Positions 1 to 14,167 of a stretch of DNA of 64,000 bases are shown piece after piece. The notes under the pieces were generated by a model. It made no database searches. It had not been told where the DNA came from and worked only from the letters and a program-made list of their open reading frames with translations. Origin of the DNA: Squalus acanthias (taxonomy: Eukaryota); NCBI GenBank assembly GCA_030390025.1, contig CM059432.1, positions 31,808,001 to 31,872,000 of the forward strand, read 5' to 3'. Positions within the stretch are counted from its first letter, which is position 1, and every line of letters starts with the position of its first letter. The position numbers and the translations under genes were made by a program.

Positions 1-639
1 TCTCACAGGTTTGTCACTGAAGGCAGTAGCTAGTGCAGTGTTCCTACTTGCCCTACCTCTGTGGCATTGCTCACAGTAAATGGGATGCTAAGTGCTTTTT
101 TTTTATATAAGTACAGAAGCTTTGCACCATGTAATGTACAATTTATTATGCTAGAGTGATTGTATTTTTTTTATGGCCACAAACTCCAAGTGTTAAGTAA
201 ACACTGGGTGAGGTCAGAGTTTAAATCTTTTTCAGAACACCTGACTTTTTCCTTTTAAGTCTGATTGGTGGTTGGGTCAATCAGTAATTGTAGACATTCT
301 GGGTCCTATGCCAGTTAAGATATTTTAAATTGCTTGGGGACTTTGCATAATCCTAATTATTGCCTGTGTTTCTTTATACTTTTTAAGTAAAGTGGTATTT
401 TTATATTTGTCAAGTTGTGGCTGCATGTATTACCCATCCCTAATTGCCTTGATAAAGTGATCAGCCATGGCTGTTGTTTGAACAACCAACTAGCTTGCTA
501 GACCATTTTAAGGAAGTATTAAGAGTCAGCAACATGATGTGGACTAGCGTTACATGTAGGCCAAATGGGGTAAGAGTGACGGGCTCTTTCTCTGAAAGGC
601 AATAGTGAGCCATTTGGATTTTTATGACTGTCCCCTTGA

Positions 640-906
640 CTCAATTCACCCACTTCTGAGTCTAGGTTGATACTTCAGTGCAGTGATAAGGGAGTGCTGC
701 TTGATGTAGGTGCTATGTTTCAAATGAGTTGTAAAACTGAGGCTTCATCTGCCTGTTTGGGTAGTTCAGGTGAATATAAAAGATCCTATGGCACTACTCT
801 TGAGAGAAGCTCCTGGTATCCTAGCAAGCATTCTTTCCTCCACCAACACCACCAAAAACAGATAACTGGCATTGAACTCGTGCTGTTTGTAGGACCTTGT
901 GTGCTG
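640..906 (+). mobile_element. Degenerate tRNA-derived Deu-domain SINE, interrupted by a CR1
   Basis: gtgcagtgataagggagtgctgc...tttcaaatgagttgtaaaactgagg core is shared with the copies at 16061 and 60775. A tail-like sequence resumes after 1860. Confidence 0.6.
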
Positions 907-1860
907 AGGGAACTAGATGTAATATCTCCAAGTTTGCAGATGACGACAAAGCTGGGTGGGCGTGTGAGCTGTGAGGAGGATGTAGAGAAACTCCAGTATG
1001 ATTTGGACAGGTTGGGTGATTGGGCAGATGCATGGCAGATGCAGTATAATGTGGATAAATGCGAGGTTATCCACTTTGGTGGCAAATACAGGAAGGCAGA
1101 TTATTATCTGAATGGCAATAGATTGGGAAAGGGGAAGTGCAACGAGACCTGGGTGTCCTTGTGCACCAGTCGCTGAAGGTAAGCATGCAGGTGCAGCAGG
1201 CGGTTAAGAAGGCAAATGGTATGTTGGCCTTCATAGCGAGAGGATTCGAGTACAGGAGCAAGGATGTCTTGCTGCAGTTGTACAAGGCCTTGGTGAGACC
1301 ACACCTTGAGTATTGTGTGCAGTTTTGGTCACCTTATCTGAGGAAGGATGTTCTTGCCATGGAGGGAGTGCAGCGAAGATTCACAAGGCTGATACCTGGG
1401 ATGGCAGGAATGATGTATGAAGAGAGATTGGGTCGATTAGGCTTATATTCGCTAGAGGTTTAGAAGAATGAGAGGGGATCTCATTGAAACTTATAAAATT
1501 CTAGCAGGACTAGACAGACTAGATGCAGGAAGGATGTTCCCGATGGCAGGGGGAGTCCAGAACCAGGGGTCACAGTCTAAGGATAAGGGGTAAGCCATTT
1601 CGGACTGAGATGAGGAGGAATTTCTTCACCCAGAGTGGTGAACCTGTGGAATTCTCTACCACAAAAGGCAGTTGAGGCCAATTCATTAAATATATTCAGG
1701 AAGGAGTTAGATATATTTCTTAAGGCTAAAGGGATCAAGGGATATGGGGAGAAAGCAGGGACATGGTACTGAATTTGGATGATCAGCCATGATCTCATTG
1801 AATGGCGGAGCACGCTCGAGGGGCCGAATGGCCTATTCCTGCTCCTATCTTCTATGTTTC
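907..1860 (+). mobile_element. CR1 LINE 3' fragment (RT C-terminus and 3' UTR)
   Basis: Frameshifted KFADxTKLGG...WQMQYNVDKC...LVRPHLEYCVQFW. Ends in a ttctatgtttc tail. Near-identical to 47572-48561. Confidence 0.93.
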
Positions 1861-2254
1861 TGATTACTTGTCACATGACATGACTGCACTTCCAAGGTAA
1901 TTATGAAGTACCTGGGATGTCCTGTGGATGTGATGAGGTTTTCTTTCAGTATTCCATTTGGGAGCTGGTCGATTATGATTCATAAATATAGCTGCAGTTA
2001 CATAACATTATGGTATATTAAAAATCACAGTACCACATTGCAACTGTATCTATTTGCAACACGTCCCCTGGTACTTGTGTTTTAAGATAAACTCCAGAGT
2101 TCAGAATGTGGGTTTAAATGAATTATCTACCTATTGCATTTCATGTCTTCAATAAAAACAAACTACTACTAGGATGACGATAAAAAAAATCCTCAATACT
2201 GAAGCCCATGTTATTCTTCACAACCATTTTTAGTGTTGTGTGTATTCCAACTTC

Positions 2255-2705
2255 CTGAGGGTATACATATCAGGAAAGGATGAACAGGCTGGGTCTCTTT
2301 TTTCTCTCGAAAAAAGAAGACTGAGGGGTGACCTAATAGAGGTCTTTTAAATTGAGAGGTTTTGATGAGTAAATACAGAGAGAGTGTTTCCACTTGTGTG
2401 GAAGAGCATAACTAGAGGCCATCCATATAAGATAGTCACCAAGAAATCCAGTAGGGGATTCAGAAGAAACTTCTTTACCGAAAGAGTGGTGAGAATGTAG
2501 AACTCGCTACCACAGGGAGTGGTTGAAACAAATGGTATAGATGCATTTAGGGGGAGGCTAGACAAGCATATGAGGACGAAGGGAATAGAGGGTTATGCTG
2601 ATAGATTTAGATGAGGAAAGACTGGAGGAGGCTCGTGTGGAGCATAAATGCCAGCATGGACTAGTTGGGCCGAATGGCCTGTTTCTGTGCCGTATATCTT
2701 ATGTA
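2255..2705 (+). mobile_element. CR1 LINE 3' end
   Basis: RLGLFSLEKRRLRGDLIEV-like sequence and a gggccgaatggcctgtttctgtgc tail. Same subfamily as the minus-strand copy at 29530-30290. Confidence 0.85.
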
Positions 2706-3944
2706 AACTTCTACTTTGATGTGTTACAATTACCAAGGAATAACCTTAAATGGAACCAGAGGTGGAATTTTCTCATTGGACATCAACTGCCTTGAACAAA
2801 CAATGATGCATGTTTGGGCCATGTGAGCAATGATAATTTCTTAACACAAGTGCTTGGAGCTGTGTAAATAAACACACAAATGGGAGAAAGGCATTGCAGG
2901 TCAGTCAGCATTTGAATGAGGTGGTTGTTTTGGGTGAGACCCTTCATCTGATGACCTGTCTTTCTTTCAACTGCTGACTCAGCCACTCTTGATTTTTGAT
3001 TTTCATTTCAGATATCCATTATTCATAGTTTGTCTTTTTTATAAATAGGTAGCTGTCTGCACCAAAAATGGGGACCAGCATATAACACCAAAACATATGA
3101 AAGGAAAGCATCATAGTTGTACAAGAGGGGCAACACTACAAAGCTTCTGCCTGTCCCCATCTTGACTGGCATCCACAAAGATACTTAATCTATAATTGTG
3201 CCAAGGTGCCAGCAATCTCTATTTGGAGTTCTAACATGTATATTTTAAATGAGGACAAGATCAGATTCGACACTGAACACCACATGGTTAAATATCTAGC
3301 TGAAAACTCACTGTCCAGCTTCATACGTCAAGTAAGAATGGTCCTTTGGGGTAAGATACCAGAGGGCTTCCACTGCCCTTAGATTCACCATCCTTGGTGG
3401 TGTTTCTAAAACGAGAGTTAGAAGCTGAGATGGATTTAAATTAAATAAATTGACTCTGGCGTTTAAAATAAAACCGATCGAAAAATCCAGGGTAGAAAGT
3501 TCAATCTAGGGTCGAAATGGTGCATCTGTATCGAGTACACCATTATACCATGTTGCTCTATCCCATTCTGATTATTTTTGCTGAGTTTCAGAAGATCAAT
3601 GATTTTGGGCTAGATAAAGAATGATTAGTCTGTTCTGTCCTTTTTGAAGCAAGAATCTCCAGATGGCCAGACCAGGTGCCACTGTTCAGTTCTTAGCTGT
3701 GTACACATTGTGGCACCAACTTTTTGTGATGGTAAAGGCTGAATTCATCTCTATATTAAGGTGATTTAAAAGAAAATTGAGGGGCCAAGGCAAAACACCA
3801 TTAGAAGAACAGAAGAGCGATGATAGGTTTGAGTTTATAGGATGGAAGTAGGAATTCTAAGTTTTCAGGTCCTGAGAAGGAATGACTGGAAAAGTTAGAG
3901 CTCTTCAAACTCAGAGAGCTCCAATACCTGATAAGCCAGGATAG

Positions 3945-5345
3945 CAACTTGGATTTATATAGTGCCTTTAATATAGTAATATCCTAAGGTGGTTCACTGG
4001 AGTGTTATCAAACAAAATTGGACATCAGACCACATAAAATATTAGGACAGATGTCCAAAAGCTTGGTTAAAGAGGTAGGTTTTAAGGAGTCTCTTAAAGG
4101 AGGAAAGAGGTGTTTAGGGAGGGAATTCCAGAGCTTAGGACCTAGGCAACTGAAGGCACGGCCGAAGTGATGCGCAAGAGACCAGAATTGCAGGAATGCA
4201 GAGATCTCAAAGGCTGGTAGAGCTGGAGGAGGCTACAGAGATGGGAAGGGGCGAGGCCATGGAGGGATTTGAAAACAAGGATTCGAAATTTAAAATTGAG
4301 GCGTTGCTGGACCGGGAGTCCATGTCGGTCAGCGAGCACAGTGTGAACTCATCTATTTTAGTGCTCGACTCCATCCCAAATATTCTGGCATTGGAACCCA
4401 CCCCACACCGCCCATCCCACCACCACGGTGTGAGTTAGGATAGGGGCAGCAGAGTTTTAGATGAGCTCAAGTTTATGTAGGGTCAAAGATGGGAGGCCGA
4501 CCAGTAGAGCATTGAAGTAGTCAAGTCTATAGGTAACAAAGGCATGGATGAGGGTTTCAGCAGCAGAAGAACTGAGTCAAGGGCAGAGTCGGGCAATGTT
4601 GTGGAAGTAGGCAGTCTTGGTGATGGAGCAGATATGTTGTTGGAAGCTCATTGTGGATTCAAATACGACACCAAGGTTGCGAACAATTTGGTTCAGCCTC
4701 GGACAGTTGCCAGGGAGACGGATGGAGTCGGTGGCTAAAGAATGGAGTTGTGGCGGGGACAAGATAATTGGAGGAAATTTCTCCTCCATCCAGTACTGGA
4801 TGTCTGACCAGTGTGACAAATCCGAGGCAGTGGAGGGGTCAACAGAGGTGGTTGTGAGGTAGAGCTGGTTATCGTCAGCGTACATGTGGAACCTAATGTG
4901 TTTTCGGATGATGTTGCCGAGGAGCAGCATGTAGATGAGAAATAGGAGGGGGCCAAGGATAGATCCTTGGAGGACTCGAAAGGTAACGGAGCAGGAAGAG
5001 AAGCCATTGCAGGTGATTCTGTGGCTACAACTGGATAGATAAGAGTGGAACCAGGCGAGGGCAGTATCACGCAATTGATAATGGAGGAGAATGGCGTGGT
5101 CAACCATGTCAAAGGCTGCAGACTGGTCGAGATGGATGAAGAGGTATAATTTACCACAGTCACATCGGATTTAATTTGTGACTTAGGTCTGTTTCGGTAC
5201 TGTGGCAGTGGTGGAAACCAGATTGGAGGGATTTAAACATAGAATTGTGGGAAAGATGGGCACAGATTTGTGAAGCAACATGTTCAAGGACTTTGGAGAG
5301 GAAAGGGAGGTTGAAGATGGGGTGGTAGTTTGTCAGGATAGAGGG
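3945..5345 (-). mobile_element. L2-clade LINE 3' fragment
   Basis: Minus ORF 4577-5107 has QGSILGPLLFLIYM and HMYADDNQLYL (L2 RT motifs). The caacttggatttatatagtgcc 3' tail lies at the left end. Confidence 0.88.
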
Positions 5346-5804
5346 TTGTGACAGGCAAGTTTAGTCTAGACATGGTAATCAGCCACTCAAATGGGTTGCT
5401 ATGAAGAGCAATTGAGAGCAGGATGCTGAACTCATTTAACAAACCGATGCTGTAATGGGAAGTTGGTAGGGTTGCTATTCTGGAAGGATGAGATCAAGTA
5501 GGTCTAAAGTTCAGACGAAGGTCCTATTTTGTGAATAAGTTCCAGTAGGAGGCAGTGAGATGAGTCTTGATTTTAACATAAGGAGAATTTTAAAAGAATT
5601 CAAAGCATGTAGGTGTATTTGGAGCTTGGAAAGGTCGGAAGAAACAATGTTGTAGTAAACTTCAGATATCACTGTTTGTGGGGAGGTGCTATTTTGTAGA
5701 TACAAATTTTGTTTAAGCCACACCGGTTTCTATTGGAGTCATTTGACCAAAGTTTGTTTTGCTGGGAGAAAAAGCACTCAATGTATATGGTGTTAGATTT
5801 CTCC

Positions 5805-5935
5805 ACCTTCCTCCACCCCCCCACCATCAGTCCAGAGGCATATTGTAGTGCTGCACTGCTGCCCCAACAAAAGATTAGCTAACTCAGCACAGATTGGGAT
5901 AGAACCTGGGACCCTCCCTGGTCTGTACCACATTG
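5805..5935 (-). mobile_element. tRNA-headed SINE (second family), 5' part
   Basis: attagctaactcagcacagattgggatagaacctggga motif (B-box-like on minus strand) recurs at 39880-39930 and 50615-50665. Confidence 0.55.
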
Positions 5936-6819
5936 ACCTGTATATTGATCCATTATACCACATAGACAGCTTACCAGCAATTCTTGGCCCTTTCAAGCCT
6001 TTTGATATAAAATTTAAGATTTTGATTTCTAGAGCTCTACCATTGTAGCATCTATTTTAGTGCTTGACTCCATCCCAAATATTCTGGCATTGGAACCCAC
6101 CCCACACCGCCCGTCCCACCACCACCAATATTTTAGTCTGTCCAATTTGATGAACCCCAGAAGCAAACATGAAATGCTCCTTTTGGGGTAAGGAGAAATT
6201 GAGTAAGGACAGGATCAGGCTTTGCTGTGGTGCCTCACTCACTGCCGAATACCTTGTTCTAAGGTCCGACATGAAGAATGGCCGTGGAATTGGATCCCAG
6301 TGTGAGCTACTGCCTCAGAAAAGGGGACGAAACGGGGCAAAGAATATTAAATGTTTTAATAAAAGATTCTTTAAAAGATTACTACAGCCAAATCGATTGT
6401 TAAGAAAACAAAATGTGGGTTGAAACAATGGAGCAGAACTGGAACTAATGTGCTCTATTATTTTGTCACTGATTTCATTTCAAGGTTTGTAAAAAGCTTG
6501 GGAGCTGGGAGATTGCCATGTCAATTACTGCGTGACCATATGGATTTTTTGAAACTGTCAGTGCTTATGCATTTACTCATCTAACATACGCCAAATTAGT
6601 AGAATGTGCTGTTACTACAGGGCCACGGGGATAGAAGCAACACACCTGTCTGTTTAACTGAGGCAGAAATAACTAGCAAATTGACAGGTTTTTGTGATCT
6701 GTTTCCTGGGAAATGTGACTTATGGCAATCTCTAATTTGCTGCAAGCTCACGGAGTACTGCAGATCAGATTCTGTTTGTACCGAGACAAAGGAAGAAGCT
6801 AGGAACTGTGGAGGAGCTA

Positions 6820-9358
6820 TTTAAGGGATAAACCAGGAAACTGCAGGCCAGCCTGACATCGATGGTGGGGAAGGTGGAAACCATTATCTGGAACAAAATA
6901 AACTTTAATTTGGAAAGGCATGGATTAATCAAGGATTGTTAAAGGTAAATCATGTCTGAGTAACTTGATTGACTTCAGAGAAGGTGTGTGTGTGTGTGTG
7001 TACTTTTGAATGCATTCGACAAAGTTCCACACAGGAGGCTTATTAAGAAAATCGAACCCCATAGAATTAAAAGGAAAGTGGCGGTATGGATACATAATTG
7101 GCTCAGTGATGGGAAGCAAAGGGTGTTGGTGGATGGATGTTTTCAGACTGGGAGGTGGTTTGCAGTGGTGTTCCCCAAGGGTCAGTTTTGAGTCCATTAC
7201 TCTTTTCAATTTTTATAAACGACCTAGGCTCTGGTGTAGGGAGCAGCATTATAAAGTTTACAGATGATATGAAACTTGGCAAAGTAGTAGATTGAGATGA
7301 GGATAGTTACAGGCTTCAGGATGGTGAAATGGGCAGAAGCATGGCAGATGGAGTTCAATGGAGAGAAGTGTGAAGTGGTGCACTTTGGTAGGACTAATGG
7401 AAAGACAGTATACTATAAATGGCACAATTTTTAAAAGTGCAGATGAGCAAAGAGACCTTGGTGTACATATACACCTCCTTAAAGGTGGCAGGGCAAGTTG
7501 ATAAGATGGTTAAAAAAGCATATGGCTTACTTGGGTTTATAAATAGAGGAATAGAATATAAAAGCCAAGAGATCAGGTGGGCAGAAAAGTGGCAAATGGA
7601 ATTCAATCTGGAGAAGTGTGCGATAATGCATTTGGGGAGGGCTAATAAAGCAAGGGAATACACAATGAATGAGAAGTGTAGAGGGACCTTGGAGTGCATG
7701 TCCACAGATCCCTGAAGGTAGCAGGACAGGTAGATAAGGTGGTTAAGAAGACATACGGGATACTTTCCTTTATTAGCCAAGGCATAGAATACAAGAGCTT
7801 GAACTGTATAAAATGCTAGTTAGGCCACAGCTAGAGTACTGCGTACAGTTCCAGTCACCACATTACAGGATGGATGTGATTGCACTCGAGAGGGTACAGA
7901 GGAGATTTACGAGGATGTTGCCAGGACTGGAGAATTTTAGCTATGAGGAAAGATTGGATAGGCTGGATTTGTTTTCTTTGGAACAGAGGAGGCTGAGGGG
8001 AAACTTGATTGAGGTGTATAAAATTGGGGGGCCGAGGTAGAGTGGATAGGAAGGACTTATTTTTCTTGGCAGAGAGGTCAATAACCAGGGGACATAGATT
8101 TAAAGTAATTAGTAGGAGGATTAGAGGAGAGTTGAGTGTTTTTCACCCAGAGGGTGGTGGGGGTCTGGAACTCACTGCCTGAGAGGGTGTGAGGGGCAGA
8201 AACCCCAATCACATTTAAAAAGTACTTGGATATGCACTTGAAGTGCCGTAACCTACAGGGCTACGGACCAAGTGCTGGAAAGTAAACTTCTGTGATTTCT
8301 ATCATGCTAGATCTTTATAAATCACTGGTTAGGCCTCAGCTGGAGTATTGTAGACAATTCTAGACACCACACTTCAGGAAAGATGTAAAGGCCTTAGAAA
8401 GGGTACAGAGGAGGCGAGTGGGCCAGTAACTAGAAGTTATAGATTCAGAATCATTGGAAAAAGATCTAGTGGGGAGATGAGATTTTTTCACTCAGTTGTC
8501 GGGATCTGAAGCGTTCTACCTGGAAAAAGTGATGGAAGTTAATTCCATAAATAATTTTAAAAGGGAGATGGACAGGTACTTGAGGATGAGGAACTTGCGG
8601 CGTTGAGGACAAAAAGCAGGGATGTGGGACTAAACATGACTGTTCTCTCAAAGCCAGCACAGGCGCAACAGGCCGAATGGCCTCCTTCTGCGCTGTAAGT
8701 TTCTATGATTCTGTGTAAGTGTACAAAACAATAAAGGCAAATGGGATATTAATCTTCATCTCAAGGGGGCTGGTGTACAATGGGGTGGAAATTATACTGC
8801 AGTTGTATAAAGCTCTGGTTAGATTGTATCTGAAGTATTGTTCGCAGTTCTGGGCACTGCATCTCAGGATATATTGGCCTTGGAGGAGTTGCCGTGCAGA
8901 TTCACCACGGGGATAAAAGGGTTAAATTATGAGGAAAGGTTGCATAGACTAGGCTTGTATTCCTTCGAGTATAGAAGATTAAGGAGTGATATAATTGAGG
9001 TGTTTAAGATGATTAAAGGATTTGATAGGGTAAATAGAGAAACTATTTCCTCCGGTGGGGAGTCCAAAACAAAAGGGCATAACCTTAAAATTAGAGCTAA
9101 GCCGTTCACGGGTGATGTCAGGAAGCCCTTCTTCACACAAAGGGTAATGGAAATCTGGAACATTCATTCAAAAAGCTGTTGAGGTTAGGTCAATTGAAAA
9201 TTTCAAAACTGAGATTGATAGATTTTTGTTGGCAAGGGTATTAAGGTGTATATGGAACCAAGGTGGGTAAATTGAGTTAGGAGCCAGATCAGCCATGATC
9301 TAATTGAATGATGGAACAGACTGTGGGGGCTGAATGGCCCACTCTTGTTCCTATGTAA
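6820..9358 (+). mobile_element. Cluster of nested or adjacent CR1 fragments
   Basis: AFDKVPH, two successive WAE.WQMEFN.EKC blocks (about 7330 and 7578), several LVRPQLEYC blocks, and 3' tails near 8290, 8710 and 9355. Confidence 0.85.
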
Positions 9359-9369
9359 GATAGTTTTGG

Positions 9370-11940
9370 TTGTCAGACGCCAAAGACATCACTGCAAGTT
9401 CCACAGAGAAGCATCTTCAGCCCAGCCACCTTTTAATGCTTCATCATTGACCTTCTCTCCATCAGGTCAGCAGTGGGGCTGTTTGCTGACTATTTCTCAG
9501 TGTTCAGCTCCCTTCAAAACTCAGTTATACAGCACAGAAAGAGGCCCTTCAGCCCATCGTGTCCATCAAGCTCTGTCTATTCTAATCCCATTTTCCAGCA
9601 CTTGGTCGTAGCCTTGTATGCTATGGCGTTTCAAGTGCTCATCTAAATGCTTCCTGAATGTTGAGGGTTCCTGCCTCTACCACCCTTTTCAGGCAGTGAG
9701 TTCCAGATTCCAACCACCCTCTGGGTGAAAAAGGTTTTCCTCAAATCCCCTCTAAACCTCCTGCCCCTTACCTTGAAACTATGCCCCCTGGTTATTGACC
9801 CCTCTACTAAGGGGAAAAGTTCCTTTCTATCTACCCTATCTATGCCCCTCATAATTTTGTACACCTCAATCAGGTCCCCCCTCAGCCTTCTCTGCTCTAA
9901 GGAAAACAACCCCAGCCTGTCCAGTCTCTCTTCATAGCTGAAGCGCTGCAGCCCAGGTAACATCCTGGTGAATCTCCTCTGCACCCTCTCCAATGCAATC
10001 ACATCCTTCCTGTAGTGTGGCGACCAGAACTGCACACAGTATTCCAGCTGCGGCCTAACTAGCGTTTTGTACAGCTCCATCATAACCTCCCTGCTCTTAT
10101 ATTCTATGCCTTGGCTAATGAAGGCAAGTATCCCATATGCCTTTTTTAACCACCTTATCTACCTGTCCTGCTGCCTTCAGGGATCTATGTACATGCACAC
10201 CAAGGTCCCTCTGTCCTTCCTAGGGTCCTACCATTCATTGTGTATTCCCTTGCCTTGTTAGTCCTCCCAAAATGCATCACCTCACACTTTTCAGGGTTAA
10301 ATTCCATTTGCCACTGTTCTGCCCATCTGACCAACCCGTCTATATCGTCCTGTAGCCTGAGGCTTCCCTCCTCGCTATTTACCACTCCACCAATTTTCGT
10401 GTCATCTGCGAACTTACTGATCATACCTCCTACATTCATATCTAAATAATTAATGTACACTACAAACAGCAAAGGACCCAGCACCGATCCCTGCGGTACA
10501 CCACTGGACACAGGCTTCAGTCACAAAAACAACCTTCGACCATCACCCTCTGCCTCCTGCCACTAAGCCAATTTTGGATCCCATGGGCTCTTACCTTCTT
10601 GACCAGTCTCTCATGCGGGACTTTGTCAAAAGCCTTACTGAAGTCCATGTAGACCACATCAACTGCACTACCCTCATCTACACACCTAGTCACCCCCTCA
10701 TAATTCAATCAAATTGGTTAGACATGATCTCCCCCTGACAAAGCCATACTGACTATCCTTGATTAATCCTTGCCTCTCCAAGTGGAGACTAATTCTGTCC
10801 CTCAGAATTTTTTCCAATAATTTCCCTACCACTGATAGGCTCACTGGCCTGTAATTCCATGGTTTATCCCTACTACCCTTCTTGAATAATGGTACTATGT
10901 TAGCTGTTCTCCAGTCTTCTGGCACCTCCCCTGTGGCCAGAGAGGTTCTGAAAATTTGTGTCAGAGCCCCTGCAATCTCCTCCCTTGCCTCACACAGCAG
11001 CCTGGGATACATCTCGTCAGGGCCTGGGGATTTATCCACTTTTAAGCCCGCTAAAACCACTAGTACCTCCTCCCTCTCAATGCTAATTTGTTCAAGTATA
11101 TCACAATTCCCCTGCCTGATTTCTATGCCTTCTCCATAGTGAACACAGATGCAAAATATTCATTTAAAACCCCACCTACATCTTCCGGCTCTGCACACTC
11201 CTCTGATAATTAAGCAGCACATGCCAGCTCGCACCAGGACTTGGACTACATCCTGGCTTGAACTGATAAGTGGCAGGTAACTTTTGTACTACATAAGCCA
11301 GGCAATGACCATCTCCAACAAGAAAAAGCCCAAACAATTCCTACTGACTTTCAAAGGCGCTGCTATTTTGTCGCTCCCCACCAACAGCATCTTGGTCACC
11401 ATTGACCAGAAACATAACTGGTCCAACCATATAAATGCCATGGCTTTGAGAACAAGGCTGAGGTTGGATTCACTGCAATAAGTGGCTCACCTCTTGAACT
11501 CTCAAGCCTCTTCACCATCAAGCTAGAACTATCTTGGCATACTCTCCTAGATGGGTGCAAATAAGCTTGACACTATCCAGGACAGAGCAGTTTTCTTGAT
11601 TAGCACCCCTGCCACTGGACTCCATATCCACCTTGTCATTACTGGCGCACTGTAACTGCAATCTGTGCTATCTACAGGATGCACTGCAACAACTCATCAA
11701 GGTTATTTTGACAGCAGCTCCCACTCCTATGACTTCTACCACTAAAAAGGATAAGATCAGCAATATCATGGGAACACTACCATCTGCAAGTCACACCATC
11801 CTAACCTGGACATATATCCACATTCCTTCACAGTCGGTGGGCCAATATTGTGGTGTTAGGTAACCATCACCTTCTTGGGAAAACTTGGGTTGAACAATAA
11901 ATTCGGCCTTGCCAGCATCGCCCACATCCCAAAAACAAAA
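9370..11940 (+). mobile_element. Old CR1/L2-group LINE (family B) 3' portion, split by an antisense CR1 insertion
   Basis: Degenerate RT (…gtttgctgac…, …gataagtggcaggtaac…). 3' tail caataaattcggccttgccagcatcgcccacatccc is shared with the copies at 13376, 35300, 54895 and 60215. Confidence 0.7.
9523..11197 (-). mobile_element. 5'-truncated CR1 LINE, same subfamily as the full-length copy
   Basis: Minus ORFs with KSPGPD, DFSKAFDKVPH, GVPQGSVLGP, KFADDTK and LVRPQLEYC. Near-identical to 18950-20637. Confidence 0.95.
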
Positions 11941-13014
11941 TGTATACTTTTTTTTAAATTATGGTTTGAATGTAGCTCAGACTAATAGGTTTTAGCATAT
12001 TGCATCCCATCATCATATTTAAGAGTCTCCAAATTAAACTATTGAGGTTCCATCTGCCTGATTTTGGATGCATACTTTTCTATTAGGGAGTCACCACACT
12101 TGCCCAAGCCCAAGGAATTGAGTTACAGATTGGTAAGAGGCAAGACTAGGAAACCCCCAAAAATGTATTGCAGTACTGTAGAGTTTAACCAGCTAAAACC
12201 ACACAGAGCACTGGCACGCTTCCCACTGCTTGTCCAGCAGGGACCACCCTACCCATTATGACTGGCTTGCATAGTTATCTGGAACCGAGGGGGAAAAATC
12301 CTAGCCCCCTCCAGGTCCAAACAATGAGCTAGGCTGTATGATCAACCAGTCAAAGGATCCTGGAGTACTGTACTAAGACCTGTTTGGATCAGGTACTGGA
12401 TTACCTAGACTACCGCAGAGGACCGACTCCGTTCCAACCTCCCATCGCACATGTGTTCTCTAGAATCGAACTCGTCTCCTGCTTATATATTAGTTACTTT
12501 TCTAATTAAAATAATAGGAATCATGCAATTCAATTCTTGTGGGATATAGCTTTTTTGAAACACTCATTTAGATGAGAATTACATTGGGTGCAAACCAGTT
12601 TAAAGGCTTCCTGATGTATGTTTAACTTCATTTTTGGTCTTTGGCTGTGCATTTTTAGAAGTTGTATTTTATGTTATAAGGCATCCTTGTAGCATGCACC
12701 TCGTTACAATGTGCTAAACACTTGGCTCTCCGAGCTACATACTAATGGGTGAAGTATGTGATGTAATCCAGAGTCCTCAAGGAGCAGAAGTAGTGCTGTT
12801 CCATGTGTTTCATATTTACCCTTATTTAATTATCTCCCTAAGTAGCTTGTACTAGTCTTATTTTTCCAAATGAGAGGTTTATATCTGTTCATGCGTTTAA
12901 ATTTTTTTTTAAAAGCCATGCAATGACATTGAAATAGCTGGGCTCAGAGGTGTTCAGATGTTTTTATTTTGCATTTTGTGGTAGGAAAACAATCACATCC
13001 AAGTTCCCCATCAA

Positions 13015-13350
13015 CAACAACTTTCATTTATATAGCACCTTTAACATAGTACAACATCCCAAGGCGCTTCACAGAAGAGTTATCAAACAAAATTTGACCA
13101 AGCCACATGAGATGTTAGGGCAGGTAATCAAAAGCTTGGTCAGAGGTAAGTTTTGAGGAGAGTCTTAAAGGAGAAGAGAGAGGCAGAGAGGCTCAGGGAG
13201 CAAATTCCAGAGCCTAGGGCCCAGGCAGCTGAAGGCGTAGCCGCCAATGGTGGAAGAGTTTAAAATTGGGCAAGAGGCTAGAATTGGAGGAGCGCAGAGA
13301 TCTTGGAGGGTTGCAGGTCTGGAGGAGTTTAGAGATGGGAAGGGGTGACC
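13015..13350 (-). mobile_element. L2 3' end
   Basis: caacaactttcatttatatagcacc tail plus L2 3' UTR homologous to 3945-4300. Confidence 0.8.
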
Positions 13351-13375
13351 CTATCCAGACTTGGGGGCACATTTT

Positions 13376-13565
13376 GTCCCTCATTGTCGCTGGGTCAAAA
13401 ACCTGGAACTCCTTACCTAACAGCATTGTGGGAGCACCTTCACCACACAGACTGCAGCAGTTCAAGAAGAAGACCTAGCATCACCTTCTCAAGAGCATCT
13501 TGGGATGGCCCATAAATGCTGTATTTACTAGTGACACCCACATCCCAAGAATTAATTAAAAAAAG
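13376..13565 (+). mobile_element. LINE family B 3' tail
   Basis: gtcgctgggtcaaaaacctggaactcc...cataaatgctg...cacatcccaag followed by an A-rich end. Confidence 0.7.
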
Positions 13566-13679
13566 TTAAGATTAATGTGTTGACTGCCAATATCTGTAGT
13601 GTGTCTCGGGGTAGTCAATACATGTAGGAGGTGCCCTGACCACTTACCAATATTATCAGGATCACTGGGAGTGTGATAT

Positions 13680-14068
13680 TTGTTTTGTTTTCAAATCCCT
13701 CCATGGCCTCGCCCCTTCCTATCTCTGTAATCTCCTTCAGCCCCACAACCCCCCTGAGATATCTGCGCTCCTCTAATTCTGCCCTCTTGAGCATCTCTGA
13801 TTATAATCGCTCAACTTTGGTGGCCGTGCCTTCTGTTGCCTGGGCCCAAAGCTCTGGAATTCTCTGCCTAAACCTGTCCGCCTCACTACCTCTCTTTCCT
13901 CCTTTTAAGAAGCTCCTTAAAGCCTACCTCTTTGACCAAGCTTTTGGTCACCTGCCCTAATTTATCCTTATGTGGATCGGTATCAAATGTTTTGTCTTAA
14001 AATACTCCTGTGCAGCGCCTTGGGATGTTTTACTACGTTAAAGGCGCGATATAAATACAAGTTGTTGT
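13680..14068 (+). mobile_element. L2 3' end, about 100 bp upstream of exon 2
   Basis: ttcaaatccctccatggcctcgcccc...tataaatacaagttgttg tail. Confidence 0.85.
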
Positions 14069-14167
14069 AGGAGGGTGCTCCTATCCAGAAAAGTTTGTAA
14101 AACCACCAGTTTAAATATAAGCTTGGCAGTGCTTTTTGTTAAGGGTGTTCTATGTTTTTTGTTTCAG

